The position numbers and the translations under genes are program-made. The notes under the pieces are model-generated. The model was not told the origin of the DNA. It saw only the letters and a program-made list of their open reading frames with translations, and did no database searches. Of a stretch of DNA of 28,192 bases, positions 1 through 8,817 are shown piece after piece (position 1 is the first letter of the stretch; each line of letters starts with the position of its first letter). Source of the stretch: a virus (Duplodnaviria; Caudoviricetes); the IMG/VR virus record IMGVR_UViG_3300027644_000672, positions 1 to 28,192 of that record. One strand, 5' to 3'.

Positions 1-570
1 ATCAGCACGATCAGTAATCTGATTATTAGTCAATGCATGATCACGCCTGGCTCCCCAATAAGATCTTGTGAAACGAGTGTTGTCTCCGGGTTGATCAATC
101 CAGTTATTTTTTTTAAATTGCTCTTGTATAAACCCCCATCCAATGTCCAGTTGATTAATCACAACCTGAGCATTGTGAGTGTCCTTGTATTTTTGTGCAG
201 TTTTTAATGCCACACCCACTTCGCCATCATCAAAATAACTGGTTTGATCAAACACAACAATTTCATCAATTGGCAACTGTGCTTGGATAAATGTTTCTAG
301 GATATGAGCACTGTCATATCCTCCACTGTACCAAAGACAGACCCATTTGTGAGTGTCTCTTATCTGTTGTGCTCGGGCTCTACACAAGGTGTCCCAGTCT
401 TGAATGGGATCACGAGAAAAATCCACGTGATCCCAGGTATTTTCCATCCAGTGATATTTCACACGGCCGATATTGCCCTGGCAACGAGACAGTGCGTCAA
501 GTTTGCTGTAAGTAGCATGCCCGTCGACTGACCAATAGCTGTCGTGTGTATCATATGCACCTGGTAACAT
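1..570 (-). CDS. PP-loop (adenine nucleotide alpha-hydrolase superfamily) protein, runs off the window edge
   Basis: Manual translation from ATG at 570: MLPGAYDTHDSYW...WVCLWYSGGYDSAHIL..., open to position 1; SGGxDS PP-loop motif. Confidence 0.7.
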   Translation of the reverse strand, partial: MLPGAYDTHDSYWSVDGHATYSKLDALSRCQGNIGRVKYHWMENTWDHVDFSRDPIQDWDTLCRARAQQIRDTHKWVCLWYSGGYDSAHILETFIQAQLPIDEIVVFDQTSYFDDGEVGVALKTAQKYKDTHNAQVVINQLDIGWGFIQEQFKKNNWIDQPGDNTRFTRSYWGARRDHALTNNQITDRAD

Positions 571-573
571 GGA

Positions 574-1563
574 TTAGTCTTTCTTTAGTTTTTGTATTCT
601 ATCATGCATGCGACGAGTTGCATCTCTTTCTTGTTCAATGACTTTTTGCACAGCATTGATATCAAGATCGTGTCCCGACATTAAACTAAACATCTTCCAA
701 CGTTCCTGACTTTCCACAGTGTTTGCTGCAATTCTAAATATCTTGTTGTAGTATTCTTTGATGTGTTTCGGAGTATCTTGGTGAACAGCAATCAACTGCT
801 GTTGATTTGATTTAAAGCCAGGAAGGTGTGTGGCAATTGGCTGAGCATTGGGATAAATGGGCAAGCTAGTATTCCAACTGGTGCCCACTGCTCTCAAAAT
901 ACCTTTGTCAACAAACTGTTTGTTGTCGGCACCTGAGCTCAAATACACGTCAAGATCTCCCAGATCGATCTGAATAGGCATCTCTGTGGCTCTTGTGTAG
1001 GGCACAAAATTAACATTGTCGACACCATTCTTTGCAAAAAATTCAGATTGAATCAACATAGAATGAACTGTGGGGTGTCCAGCATTGAACTGTTTGTTTT
1101 TCTTGGCAGCATTGGTGGCAGCATTGGCAAGATCATCAAGAGTATAGATATTGCTCTTGGCGCTGACATAGAAAAATTGCGGACTAAACACATGAATAGC
1201 AATTGCCGGCAACAGGTTCATGTCCACCGCTCCTATTGGGGGAATCACTGGATTGATCACATGATTGGTGTTGTCTCCGGCAAACAGTGTGAGACCATTT
1301 GGCGTACTGCCTACTACTTCTCGAGCAGCAATGAGACCTTGCGCACCAGGCTGATTGACAACAATAAATTTCAACCCAGTCAATTGTTTAACCTGCTCCA
1401 AGATAAATCGTTGTGTGACATCTGTTTGGGCACCAGCTGCTCTACAGACTATGACCTTGATAGTTTTGTCTACAAGTTCCGGGGGCATTGGAGGGACTGT
1501 GCTGTTGGCCCAAGAGCCAACTGACAAAATCATACCAGCAATAAAAATTAATTTTTTAAACAT
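574..1563 (-). CDS. Bug/TctC-family tripartite tricarboxylate transporter substrate-binding protein
   Basis: Signal peptide; KTIKVIVCRAAGAQTD, VVNQPGAQGLIAA and PNGLTL match Bug motifs (PGGxxD, NxPGAGG, PDGYTL). Confidence 0.8.
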   Translation of the reverse strand: MFKKLIFIAGMILSVGSWANSTVPPMPPELVDKTIKVIVCRAAGAQTDVTQRFILEQVKQLTGLKFIVVNQPGAQGLIAAREVVGSTPNGLTLFAGDNTNHVINPVIPPIGAVDMNLLPAIAIHVFSPQFFYVSAKSNIYTLDDLANAATNAAKKNKQFNAGHPTVHSMLIQSEFFAKNGVDNVNFVPYTRATEMPIQIDLGDLDVYLSSGADNKQFVDKGILRAVGTSWNTSLPIYPNAQPIATHLPGFKSNQQQLIAVHQDTPKHIKEYYNKIFRIAANTVESQERWKMFSLMSGHDLDINAVQKVIEQERDATRRMHDRIQKLKKD

Positions 1564-2203
1564 TTATACTTTCCTTTAGGTTAGGGATAACATGAAACTG
1601 CAATGCGGAAGGATCAATATCCACAGTGAGATTCAATCTGGCACCGATGTTTTTTTCCACAGAATGCAAAATGCATCCATTGAACAACACCCATTGTGCC
1701 ACGGGGAATTGCACACGCTCTAGTTCAATCAATTGGTCATGATCCAATTCGTAAATGGGATCTGCTGCTTGATAGTCTTGCATGTTGTAAACCACCGGCT
1801 TACCGGGCTTGTGATAAAACACTGTTTCTGCAGAATCACTGCCACGGTCAATTAGATAAAACAGTCGTATTTTTCCAGGCTTGTCCACATGCGCACCGTG
1901 AGTGTCACTGTCGCCTACACTGATACGAACTGTGGTTTCGCGAAAATTGGGAAATATATTTTCTTGACACCATTGGGTCCACTCGGGACTCATCTCAAAT
2001 GCCTGCTGATGTCTAGTTGTCACTGTGTTGCCTTTGACAGTGATCTTTCGATGCAGATAAGTTCCGGTGTGGTAACCTTTCTGTATCTGAGAGTATTCAT
2101 CATGATTTATTTTTGGACGAGCAACACGCCGTGCCTCGGCAATGAAATGTTCAGGAACAGTCGGCAAGTGCGGCATTGGAATCCAAGTAAACAATGGTGC
2201 CAT
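1556..2203 (-). CDS. Hypothetical protein, putative cupin/2OG-Fe(II) oxygenase-like fold
   Basis: HxD (GAHVD), distal H (LHSVE) and R; paralogous to 3524..4099. Confidence 0.55.
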   Translation of the reverse strand: MAPLFTWIPMPHLPTVPEHFIAEARRVARPKINHDEYSQIQKGYHTGTYLHRKITVKGNTVTTRHQQAFEMSPEWTQWCQENIFPNFRETTVRISVGDSDTHGAHVDKPGKIRLFYLIDRGSDSAETVFYHKPGKPVVYNMQDYQAADPIYELDHDQLIELERVQFPVAQWVLFNGCILHSVEKNIGARLNLTVDIDPSALQFHVIPNLKESINV

Positions 2204-2242
2204 TGATATATGTCCTTTGAGTTTGCAAGTTAGATCGGCAGA

Positions 2243-3205
2243 TCAGAATGTGTGTGCCAACGCAAAATATGTGCCAACACCATTGGATGTTTTGGTAACA
2301 TGACCACTGGACTTGGCCACCTGTGTTATGATCCTGGTGCGTTTGCTCAGCACATAGTGTGCAGACACAGTGTTGCGTTGAAAAGCGCTCTGTTCGGAAG
2401 AAAGAGTGGCAATGCCAAACTCAAATTGATTGTACTTGGTCTGAGCACCGAATGAAGTTAATACATCATCTTTTACGCCACTTAGTCTGGAAACAATACC
2501 GTTGCTGTCTACGCTTCGTGCGGTCATGAGCAAAAATTTACCAAAATCGTATACAGCACCGAATTGTTGGTTGGTCTGTTGTACCACAGCATAGTTGTTG
2601 GTTTGGCCATAATATGCTCTAAATGGCAAGTTCACATAGGTCAATGAGTTTTGTGTTAGGTTGTGGCCGCCTGGAGTGGGAGTTACCACACTGGTTGAAG
2701 AAACTTGTTGATCGTTGTAAGCTCGCACTGTTTCAAACTGGAAGCCGGCGATTCTCGGAGTTGAATAAGACACTTGACCTGCTTGTCGAGGAAAAGCCAT
2801 AGTTGCGTGAGATGCCAATGCACCATCATCTCTAAGCGGACTAGTCCAAAAAATAGCCGAACCTAGATTTGTTGTGTACTTGCCGGCGCTGAGTTTACCG
2901 TATGGAGAGTCAATCCAAAGTCTGGTGCGTTCAAATATGTTTTCGCCGTAGCTTGAATTACCATTGGCTATTTTGAAACGAGACTGTGCATCAAATCCCA
3001 CTGTTGTGCCCGCACCTAGGTCTTCTTTGGCTTCCAGTGCCAAGAACGTACGAGCGTTTCCCACTTGGTCAATTGTGTTTGACTTGTCTGAAGCTATTGG
3101 ATTATATGCTCCAATCTCGGCCCGGCCGCTGAACTTAACAGGTGATTCAGCAAATACAGATGTTGTAGCGGCTGCAATAGCAAATGCCGCAATAATTTTT
3201 TTCAT
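2243..3205 (-). CDS. Gram-negative trimeric porin (Betaproteobacterial Omp32/OmpC-like)
   Basis: Signal peptide, EDLGAG, YVLSKRT, C-terminal aromatic ...AHTF. Confidence 0.85.
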   Translation of the reverse strand: MKKIIAAFAIAAATTSVFAESPVKFSGRAEIGAYNPIASDKSNTIDQVGNARTFLALEAKEDLGAGTTVGFDAQSRFKIANGNSSYGENIFERTRLWIDSPYGKLSAGKYTTNLGSAIFWTSPLRDDGALASHATMAFPRQAGQVSYSTPRIAGFQFETVRAYNDQQVSSTSVVTPTPGGHNLTQNSLTYVNLPFRAYYGQTNNYAVVQQTNQQFGAVYDFGKFLLMTARSVDSNGIVSRLSGVKDDVLTSFGAQTKYNQFEFGIATLSSEQSAFQRNTVSAHYVLSKRTRIITQVAKSSGHVTKTSNGVGTYFALAHTF

Positions 3206-3390
3206 ATAAGATTACCTTAAAAAATATTTCACATTTACTTCAATTTCAAAAGCGGCCGCTGACTGATACTTTATTGCAATGTTGCAAAAATTTTGATCGC
3301 GACCTCATTTTAAAATGAAGTGATTCATTAAATAACGTTTTGGGGTAGCTTGTAGAAGAACTCTACTTACAGGTATCGGCGTTATGTTAT

Positions 3391-3420
3391 AGTATAACAG
3401 TAAAGACATCACTATGTCAA
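3391..3420 (-). promoter_or_regulatory. sigma70-type promoter for porin
   Basis: TTGACA-18 nt-TATACT with extended -10 TGn. Confidence 0.65.
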
Positions 3421-3523
3421 GCGTCAATTTGCAATTCTGGCGTCAGAGACTCTGGCGCTGCTATTTCTATTTATACAACTGACAAGTTCAAAAAATTTTT
3501 GTCAATTAGTCAGGCGGCCAACA

Positions 3524-4099
3524 TCACAGTGCCAACTGTTTCTGATTGGCGTGTTTGATTATGCCATCATCAATGGGGTCTCGGACAAAACTTATTTGTA
3601 AAGTTATTCTAGTGTCTGTGCAGCCTTCTACACTGTGTAGATCGCCTCTACCATACAGCAGGTACCAGTTGCCTTCTTTCATATGGAATTTTTCAGTCAC
3701 TTGCAATTGGTCGTAGTCGTCCACACGACTGTCCATCATGCCAAGATCCAGCTGGTTGGTTTTGGGTTCGTAATACACAGTTTCAACATTTGCACCGCCT
3801 TCCTTGATTATATAGGTCAAGACGTAGAATCTGGTTCTATCCAGGTGGGGACCAAGCACACCAGTCATGCGCATGTAACCCATTTCTTTCCAGTCTGTTA
3901 CAATATTTTCTTTCAACCACGGTTCTATTTCAGGAGCTGCCTGTTGTTTTCTAAATACACCTTCGGCAAATTCAACACCGTCTTTTTTGAGCATACGCGG
4001 TAGGTTGGCCAGCATGATACGATCTTCCATGTCTAGGTTGTACCCTAGCAGATTTTCAGGTATTGCCGGCAGCCAATCTAAATGAATAAGTTTATACAT
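3524..4099 (-). CDS. Hypothetical protein, putative cupin/2OG-Fe(II) oxygenase-like fold
   Basis: GPHLD...LHSVEG...R; paralog of 1556..2203; SD AAGGA. Confidence 0.55.
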   Translation of the reverse strand: MYKLIHLDWLPAIPENLLGYNLDMEDRIMLANLPRMLKKDGVEFAEGVFRKQQAAPEIEPWLKENIVTDWKEMGYMRMTGVLGPHLDRTRFYVLTYIIKEGGANVETVYYEPKTNQLDLGMMDSRVDDYDQLQVTEKFHMKEGNWYLLYGRGDLHSVEGCTDTRITLQISFVRDPIDDGIIKHANQKQLAL

Positions 4100-4182
4100 A
4101 GCATTTTCCTTTGTGTTGTTAGATTTATTTATTCTCTAGTTTACGCAAGATTGAAAAATACAAGTGAGCCAGGGTTCCAGCA

Positions 4183-4893
4183 TCAACTCCAGTATCTGGA
4201 TGATTCTAACTTGTCCCAGTAGGCTGCGTTGTTGCGGTTCACAAAGTTCTTGACTAGATATCGGGCCATGCCCATGTAGCCCATCTTTTTAAATCTGCGA
4301 CTGTCTTGGCCACAGTGATGTCGTACAATTCTAAACTTGCTGGGTTTATATTTGCGGGATAAGAAGTAGTCTTCGCTGGTTACAAAGTTGTGAGGGAATC
4401 CGCCAAATTCTTCAAACCGATCACGTCGTGTCAGCATGAATGCTCCCACTGCAAATGGACTAAAATACTTCAATGCATGGTTTACTGTGTTGAAAATACC
4501 AAATCCAATCCGGGCTCTAAGGTCTCTATCGTAGCATCGGATGTTCAATCCCACAAGATCCAAGTCTTTGGATTCCAGTGTGTCAACTGCATCTTGAATA
4601 ACTGTGGGTTTGAAGAAGCGAACATCAGCATCAATGAACAGGATGTAAGGAGTAGTTGCTAGTTCAGCACCGTTGTTTTTTGCAACACTGACCGGGCCGC
4701 CGTCTATGATTTCCACATTCAGATCGCCCTTTGTTGCTTGAATAACTTCTCTGGTACGATCTGTAGAACAGTCGGCGATGATGATTCTAGTATTGCCTAC
4801 GGATTGTTGGCGTAGGTGCATTAGCAAATGTGCAATGTAGTTTTCCTCGTTTTTACAAGGCACCACAATGGTAATTTTATCACTGAGTTGCAT
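4183..4893 (-). CDS. Glycosyltransferase family 2
   Basis: IVVPCKNEE, DCSTDRT, FIDAD (DxD), SEDY motifs. Confidence 0.9.
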   Translation of the reverse strand: MQLSDKITIVVPCKNEENYIAHLLMHLRQQSVGNTRIIIADCSTDRTREVIQATKGDLNVEIIDGGPVSVAKNNGAELATTPYILFIDADVRFFKPTVIQDAVDTLESKDLDLVGLNIRCYDRDLRARIGFGIFNTVNHALKYFSPFAVGAFMLTRRDRFEEFGGFPHNFVTSEDYFLSRKYKPSKFRIVRHHCGQDSRRFKKMGYMGMARYLVKNFVNRNNAAYWDKLESSRYWS

Positions 4894-5647
4894 GAGCGTC
4901 TTTCTCCTGAGTCCAGGTAACTATTTCCCAACGACCGTTGTGATGCTCTACCAGAGCAGTGCATGATTCCACCCAGTCGCCGTCATTCATATACACAATG
5001 CCATCTATGATTTTTATTTCTGCATGATGTATGTGCCCGCAGATCACTCCATCAAAGCCACGCTTCTTACAGTAGGCCACTAGGTTCTTTTCAAACTGAA
5101 AGATGAAGTCTACTGCTTTTTTAACCTTGTGCTTAAGATACTTGCTAAGGCTAAAGTACCCAAAACCCATGCGGCGACGAATCCAATTAAACTTAGTGTT
5201 GATAGAAAGGATGATATCATATGCTTTGTCTCCTAAAAATGCTAGCCAAGGCGCTAGGCGTGTAATACCATCAAACAGGTCGCCGTGAGTCACTAGATAG
5301 TGTTTGCCGTCTGCACCTATATGCTCCGTCTGATTGGCTATTTCAATGTTGCCAAAGCCAATACCATACGGCATCAAGGGCCTTAGGAATTCATCATGAT
5401 TGCCTGCCACGTAGATCACTCTAGTGCCACGTTTGGCAAAGCCCAGTATGCGTCTTACCACATTGGTGTGGCTTTGTTTCCAGCGCCACTTGTTTTGCTG
5501 TATCTTCCAAATGTCTAGAATGTCGCCTACAAGGTACAATGTTTCGCAGGTATTGTGTTTGAGAAAATTGTTTAACTTATCCGCTTGACTATCTCTGGTG
5601 CCAAGGTGTACATCACTAATAAAAATAGAGCGATAAGTTTTCTGCAT
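4880..5647 (-). CDS. LpxH-like metallophosphoesterase (UDP-2,3-diacylglucosamine diphosphatase family)
   Basis: SDVHLG, VGDILD, GNHD, THGD, CGHIH, NDGDW motifs. Confidence 0.85.
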   Translation of the reverse strand: MQKTYRSIFISDVHLGTRDSQADKLNNFLKHNTCETLYLVGDILDIWKIQQNKWRWKQSHTNVVRRILGFAKRGTRVIYVAGNHDEFLRPLMPYGIGFGNIEIANQTEHIGADGKHYLVTHGDLFDGITRLAPWLAFLGDKAYDIILSINTKFNWIRRRMGFGYFSLSKYLKHKVKKAVDFIFQFEKNLVAYCKKRGFDGVICGHIHHAEIKIIDGIVYMNDGDWVESCTALVEHHNGRWEIVTWTQEKDAHATQ

Positions 5648-5669
5648 CTAGTATTTACGCAGAAACAGC

Positions 5670-6074
5670 TCAAAAGTCTATTTCGGTTGTTTCCACTACT
5701 ACCCACCCTATACTACGTAGATCCTCTTCAATCTCGTCGGTAACCACAGTTTCTGATACAAATGCTAAGAGTTCTTTGTGTCGTATCTGCTGATCTGGAT
5801 CCATCATAGCAAATTCTTCAGCACTGAGATCTGTACTACCGCGTATTCCACTGCAATAGTAGTCCAGGTAGTCTTCGTTACAATCACGCATTTCGGCCAC
5901 AATTCCGCCGGCACTGCGCCAACTGCAACTCCAACGCTGGTCGCGTAGAATGTCCATCACATCCAGTCGCTGGAACTCGTTGTTGCACATGGCTGCATAG
6001 AGATTCTGTGCGTAGATATTGCTTCCTCGCACTTTTGCTAACATTAACTCACTGGCCATTAGATCTGTATACAT
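5670..6074 (-). CDS. Hypothetical phage protein
   Basis: 134-aa ORF in the same orientation and spacing as neighbours. Confidence 0.7.
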   Translation of the reverse strand: MYTDLMASELMLAKVRGSNIYAQNLYAAMCNNEFQRLDVMDILRDQRWSCSWRSAGGIVAEMRDCNEDYLDYYCSGIRGSTDLSAEEFAMMDPDQQIRHKELLAFVSETVVTDEIEEDLRSIGWVVVETTEIDF

Positions 6075-6095
6075 GCTGTTTTACTCATTTGTAGT

Positions 6096-6172
6096 TGGTC
6101 GGAGTACAAGGATTCGAACCTTGGACCCCCTGGTCCCAAACCAGGTGCGCTACCAGACTGCGCCACACTCCG
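6096..6172 (-). tRNA. tRNA-Pro(TGG)
   Basis: Cloverleaf, loop TTTGGGA, TTCGAAT T-loop, encoded CCA. Confidence 0.95.
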
Positions 6173-6178
6173 AATTAC

Positions 6179-6253
6179 TGGTGCCCAATGTCTGATTCGA
6201 ACAGACGACCTACCGCTTACAAGGCGGTTGCTCTACCCCTGAGCTAATCGGGC
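6179..6253 (-). tRNA. tRNA-Thr(TGT)
   Basis: Cloverleaf, loop CTTGTAA, CCA. Confidence 0.95.
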
Positions 6254-6271
6254 AATACTTTACCTATATAA

Positions 6272-6346
6272 TGGTTGCGGGGGAAGGACTCGAACCTCCG
6301 GCTTCCAGGTTATGAGCCTGGCGGTCTACCACTGACGTACCCCGCG
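6272..6346 (-). tRNA. tRNA-Met(CAT), initiator-like
   Basis: CGCGGGG start, C1:A72 mismatch, loop CTCATAA, CCA. Confidence 0.9.
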
Positions 6347-6353
6347 ATAATGT

Positions 6354-6923
6354 TTACAAAAGACCTTCTGCTGTCAAATGTTGCACAGTCTGCTCACTCA
6401 GAGCAATGTCTATGCGCACATTCAATTCCAACACTTCGTCTTGCAATTTTTGTTTGGCCTTTTTGGCACTGGTCACAATGGCCTTGAAACCTTTGATATC
6501 AGCTTCTGTGAACACTGTGGTGGTCACTGTGCTTTCAAAACCGTAGATACTGCGAGTATCTTCTTTACGGTTTTTAATCTTGTCCAACTTGCCCAACACG
6601 ACTGCTTCTTGTTCACGAACTTCATTTGCACTCAATGCTGTGTAGTTCTGAATCTGCTTTTCAAGAAAGGCAATCTGAGTCAGCTTGTCGTCTACGCCCA
6701 CACGGCTGTTGACAGCACTGACCTGCGCACGAATGTCATACAGAGCTCGTACCAAAGCATCACGTCGGGCCAGATTGGCCTTAAACTCTGCGGTGGCCTT
6801 GTCAATTTCCACCACAGGAGCGTGGAACTCTGTCAAGCTGACTTGACCTTTAAGGTCGATACCTTTGACAGCATCGTTGATGCTGTTCTGCAATGCACTT
6901 GCTTTACGTAGACTGATATTCAT
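6354..6923 (-). CDS. Hypothetical helical/coiled-coil protein
   Basis: ATG at 6923 (MNISLRK) with SD AAGGA, preferred to the ORF-track start at 6941. Confidence 0.75.
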   Translation of the reverse strand: MNISLRKASALQNSINDAVKGIDLKGQVSLTEFHAPVVEIDKATAEFKANLARRDALVRALYDIRAQVSAVNSRVGVDDKLTQIAFLEKQIQNYTALSANEVREQEAVVLGKLDKIKNRKEDTRSIYGFESTVTTTVFTEADIKGFKAIVTSAKKAKQKLQDEVLELNVRIDIALSEQTVQHLTAEGLL

Positions 6924-6940
6924 ACATTTCCTTTTGATCA

Positions 6941-6969
6941 ATTATACAACAAAAAAATAACGAAGTCAA
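6941..6969 (-). promoter_or_regulatory. sigma70-type promoter
   Basis: TTGACT-17 nt-TATAAT. Confidence 0.75.
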
Positions 6970-6974
6970 GAAAG

Positions 6975-7227
6975 CAAGTGACCAACTGGACAAATAACAG
7001 TGAGATTGATCTCTCAATCTCTCACAAGTCACAATGCACAAAGCACAGAGACCTGCATATGTCTGGTTAGCAAATCACAAAGTTGATAGATAAAGACCAG
7101 TTCACACAAGCACGAGGCGTTTTCAAGGCGCCGGCCAGAGTTTGTTCATCGTCGCATGAAGCGATAATGGGTGTCAGCTCTCGTCTCTTTCTCTTCTCCG
7201 GGCAGTTGCCAAAGGCCTACTGCCAAA
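6975..7227 (-). ncRNA. Putative structured non-coding RNA
   Basis: No credible ORF; hairpins GGCAGU..ACUGCC and GAGAUUGA-GAGA-UCAAUCUC; heptamer UUGUG repeats. Confidence 0.4.
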
Positions 7228-7228
7228 A

Positions 7229-7323
7229 ACACTTTATTGAAACACACTTAAACCGTTCTTCAACCTGGATCTGGCTATCTCGGGGTATCCACCCGCGAAT
7301 CAGTATGTGCTTCAATAAAGTGT
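7229..7323 (-). repeat. ~20-bp inverted repeat enclosing ~53 nt (stem family member D)
   Basis: ACACUUUAUUGAAGCACAUACU / AGUGUGUUUCAAUAAAGUGU. Confidence 0.7.
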
Positions 7324-7524
7324 CCGGCTACTCCCACCACAGGAGCCCCGGACCGGGCTGACTACTCCGTCTACGTATTTGTTCTTATGGTAAAGGTTAG
7401 CGTTCCTCACCCTAGGCAGTTTTCAGTATCTCCGAACAGGAGACTGTAAGGTCAGGTCCTAGTGTACCCCCTGTTCTATCGTTTCAGGGACGCTGTTTTA
7501 TAACGTAAAAACAGTAAACCGGGA
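7324..7524 (-). ncRNA. Putative multi-helix non-coding RNA
   Basis: Helices CUGUUUU/AAAACAG, CCCUG/CAGGG, CUAGG/CCUAG, CUCC/GGAG, GUCCGG/CCGGAC directly 3' of tRNA-Ser. Confidence 0.5.
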
Positions 7525-7525
7525 T

Positions 7526-7615
7526 TGGCGGAAGCGGTGAGATTCGAACTCACGATACGATTACTCGTATGCTGGTTTAGTAGACCAGTTCCATCGGCCA
7601 CTCGGACACGCTTCC
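7526..7615 (-). tRNA. tRNA-Ser(ACT), atypical A34 anticodon
   Basis: Class II body, G73, stem CTGGT/ACCAG, loop CTACTAA, CCA. Confidence 0.85.
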
Positions 7616-7623
7616 TATTCTGT

Positions 7624-7652
7624 ATTATAACACTCGCAGGGTTGACTGTCAA
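7624..7652 (-). promoter_or_regulatory. Consensus sigma70 promoter
   Basis: Perfect TTGACA-17 nt-TATAAT, 8 nt upstream of tRNA-Ser(ACT). Confidence 0.85.
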
Positions 7653-7669
7653 CTCTGCAGTTGTCCAAA

Positions 7670-8170
7670 TCATCTGCGACTGTTAACCGTACTGCGCTGT
7701 TGTGCAGTGCCCAGACCTCTGAATCGATCTGCGGCATAGCTGGCAGCAAATGCATCGGGTTTGACCAGTGGTGTCACATTGCAGGTACCTTTGATGTAGC
7801 CCACTGCTTGAGATATCACACAGCTGGATCCGAATTGGTCGTTGGGGTTGATGTCCAAGTGAACTTCAACAGGACGATGTTCCAACACTTCGCCTAGGCG
7901 TAGATACAGTTCTGACACCTTGTACACTTCGGTCATAAGCCGCATGCGTGGCTGTGAAGTTTTTTGATCATAGTCACGTTCACGTTGCACTTCACCAAAC
8001 AGTTTGCAACCGTTGTTGCCGTTGATGTGTACCACAATGGCCAACACATAGTCGGCATACCAAACGCCGTTGACTCGAACACGTTCACTGTCACAGCCCA
8101 GGTAGATTTTTGTTTCTGGGGTTTGTTCTTCGATAAAAGCCTTGACTTCTTCTAGATTGAGCTTTTTCAT
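7670..8170 (-). CDS. Ribonuclease H-like YkuK-family protein
   Basis: KIYLGCDS, E in RLMTEV, EVHLDIN, KPDAFAASYAADR motifs. Confidence 0.8.
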   Translation of the reverse strand: MKKLNLEEVKAFIEEQTPETKIYLGCDSERVRVNGVWYADYVLAIVVHINGNNGCKLFGEVQRERDYDQKTSQPRMRLMTEVYKVSELYLRLGEVLEHRPVEVHLDINPNDQFGSSCVISQAVGYIKGTCNVTPLVKPDAFAASYAADRFRGLGTAQQRSTVNSRR

Positions 8171-8188
8171 ATCGTTGTCTCTAATAAT

Positions 8189-8262
8189 TGGAGCGGGATA
8201 GGAGAATCGAACTCCTGACTAAACCTTGGCAAGGTTTCGTTTGACCATTAAACTAATCCCGC
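8189..8262 (-). tRNA. tRNA-Gly(GCC)
   Basis: Loop TTGCCAA, U73, CCA. Confidence 0.95.
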
Positions 8263-8275
8263 ATCTACTAACATG

Positions 8276-8358
8276 TGGTGGGCAAGGAGAGACTCGAACT
8301 CTCACGCACTAGGCACTGGCTTCTAAGACCAGCGTGGCTACCATTACACCACTTGCCC
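8276..8358 (-). tRNA. tRNA-Leu(TAG)
   Basis: Loop CTTAGAA, long variable arm, CCA. Confidence 0.95.
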
Positions 8359-8367
8359 ACAATAATT

Positions 8368-8443
8368 TGGCTCCCCAGCGTGGGATCGAACCACGGACAC
8401 CTTGATTAACAGTCAAGTGCAACTACCGCTGTGCTACTGGGGA
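8368..8443 (-). tRNA. tRNA-Asn(GTT)
   Basis: Loop CTGTTAA, CCA. Confidence 0.95.
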
Positions 8444-8450
8444 ATATTTT

Positions 8451-8609
8451 TTACTTGCGTTCTTTGAACGACTGCGGCACTGCGGCCGACAACTGTGCAT
8501 CAATCATGGCTCGCTTGAACTCGTTGCGATCGTGTTGATCTTTAAACTTTAGCAATGCCAGCAATGTTTTTGTTCGCTTGGCCAGTTTGAATGTTGATGT
8601 TGATCTCAT
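8451..8609 (-). CDS. Small basic hypothetical protein (52 aa)
   Basis: MRSTSTFKLAKRTKTLLALLKFKDQHDRNEFKRAMIDAQLSAAVPQSFKERK; SD AAGGA; TAAATA upstream at 8631-8636. Confidence 0.7.
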   Translation of the reverse strand: MRSTSTFKLAKRTKTLLALLKFKDQHDRNEFKRAMIDAQLSAAVPQSFKERK

Positions 8610-8662
8610 TGGAGTCCTTGTTGTGTAAAATATTTATTGCTATCTCTTGTCTGCAGATAATT

Positions 8663-8736
8663 TGGTGCTCAAGTACAGAATCGAACTGTCGACTGCTCCT
8701 TACCATGGAGCCGTTATGCCACTTAACTACAAGAGC
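8663..8736 (-). tRNA. tRNA-Thr(GGT)
   Basis: Loop ATGGTAA, CCA. Confidence 0.95.
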
Positions 8737-8738
8737 AA

Positions 8739-8813
8739 TGGTGGTTCCTACTGGGGTCGAACCAGTGACCTCTTGGATGTCGACCAAGCGTTCTACCGCT
8801 GAACTAAGAAACC
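8739..8813 (-). tRNA. tRNA-Val(GAC)
   Basis: Loop TCGACAT (C33), CCA. Confidence 0.9.
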
Positions 8814-8817
8814 AGTC

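Noticed and set aside
1-570. queC
   Set aside because: The SGGxDS motif lies about 75 residues in, not at the N-terminus, and no other QueC motifs are visible in the available part.
7526-7615. Amber suppressor (CTA) reading of the Ser tRNA, implying stop-codon recoding
   Set aside because: The 5-bp stem centres the 7-nt loop on ACT, and all recognisable genes are intact under the standard code.
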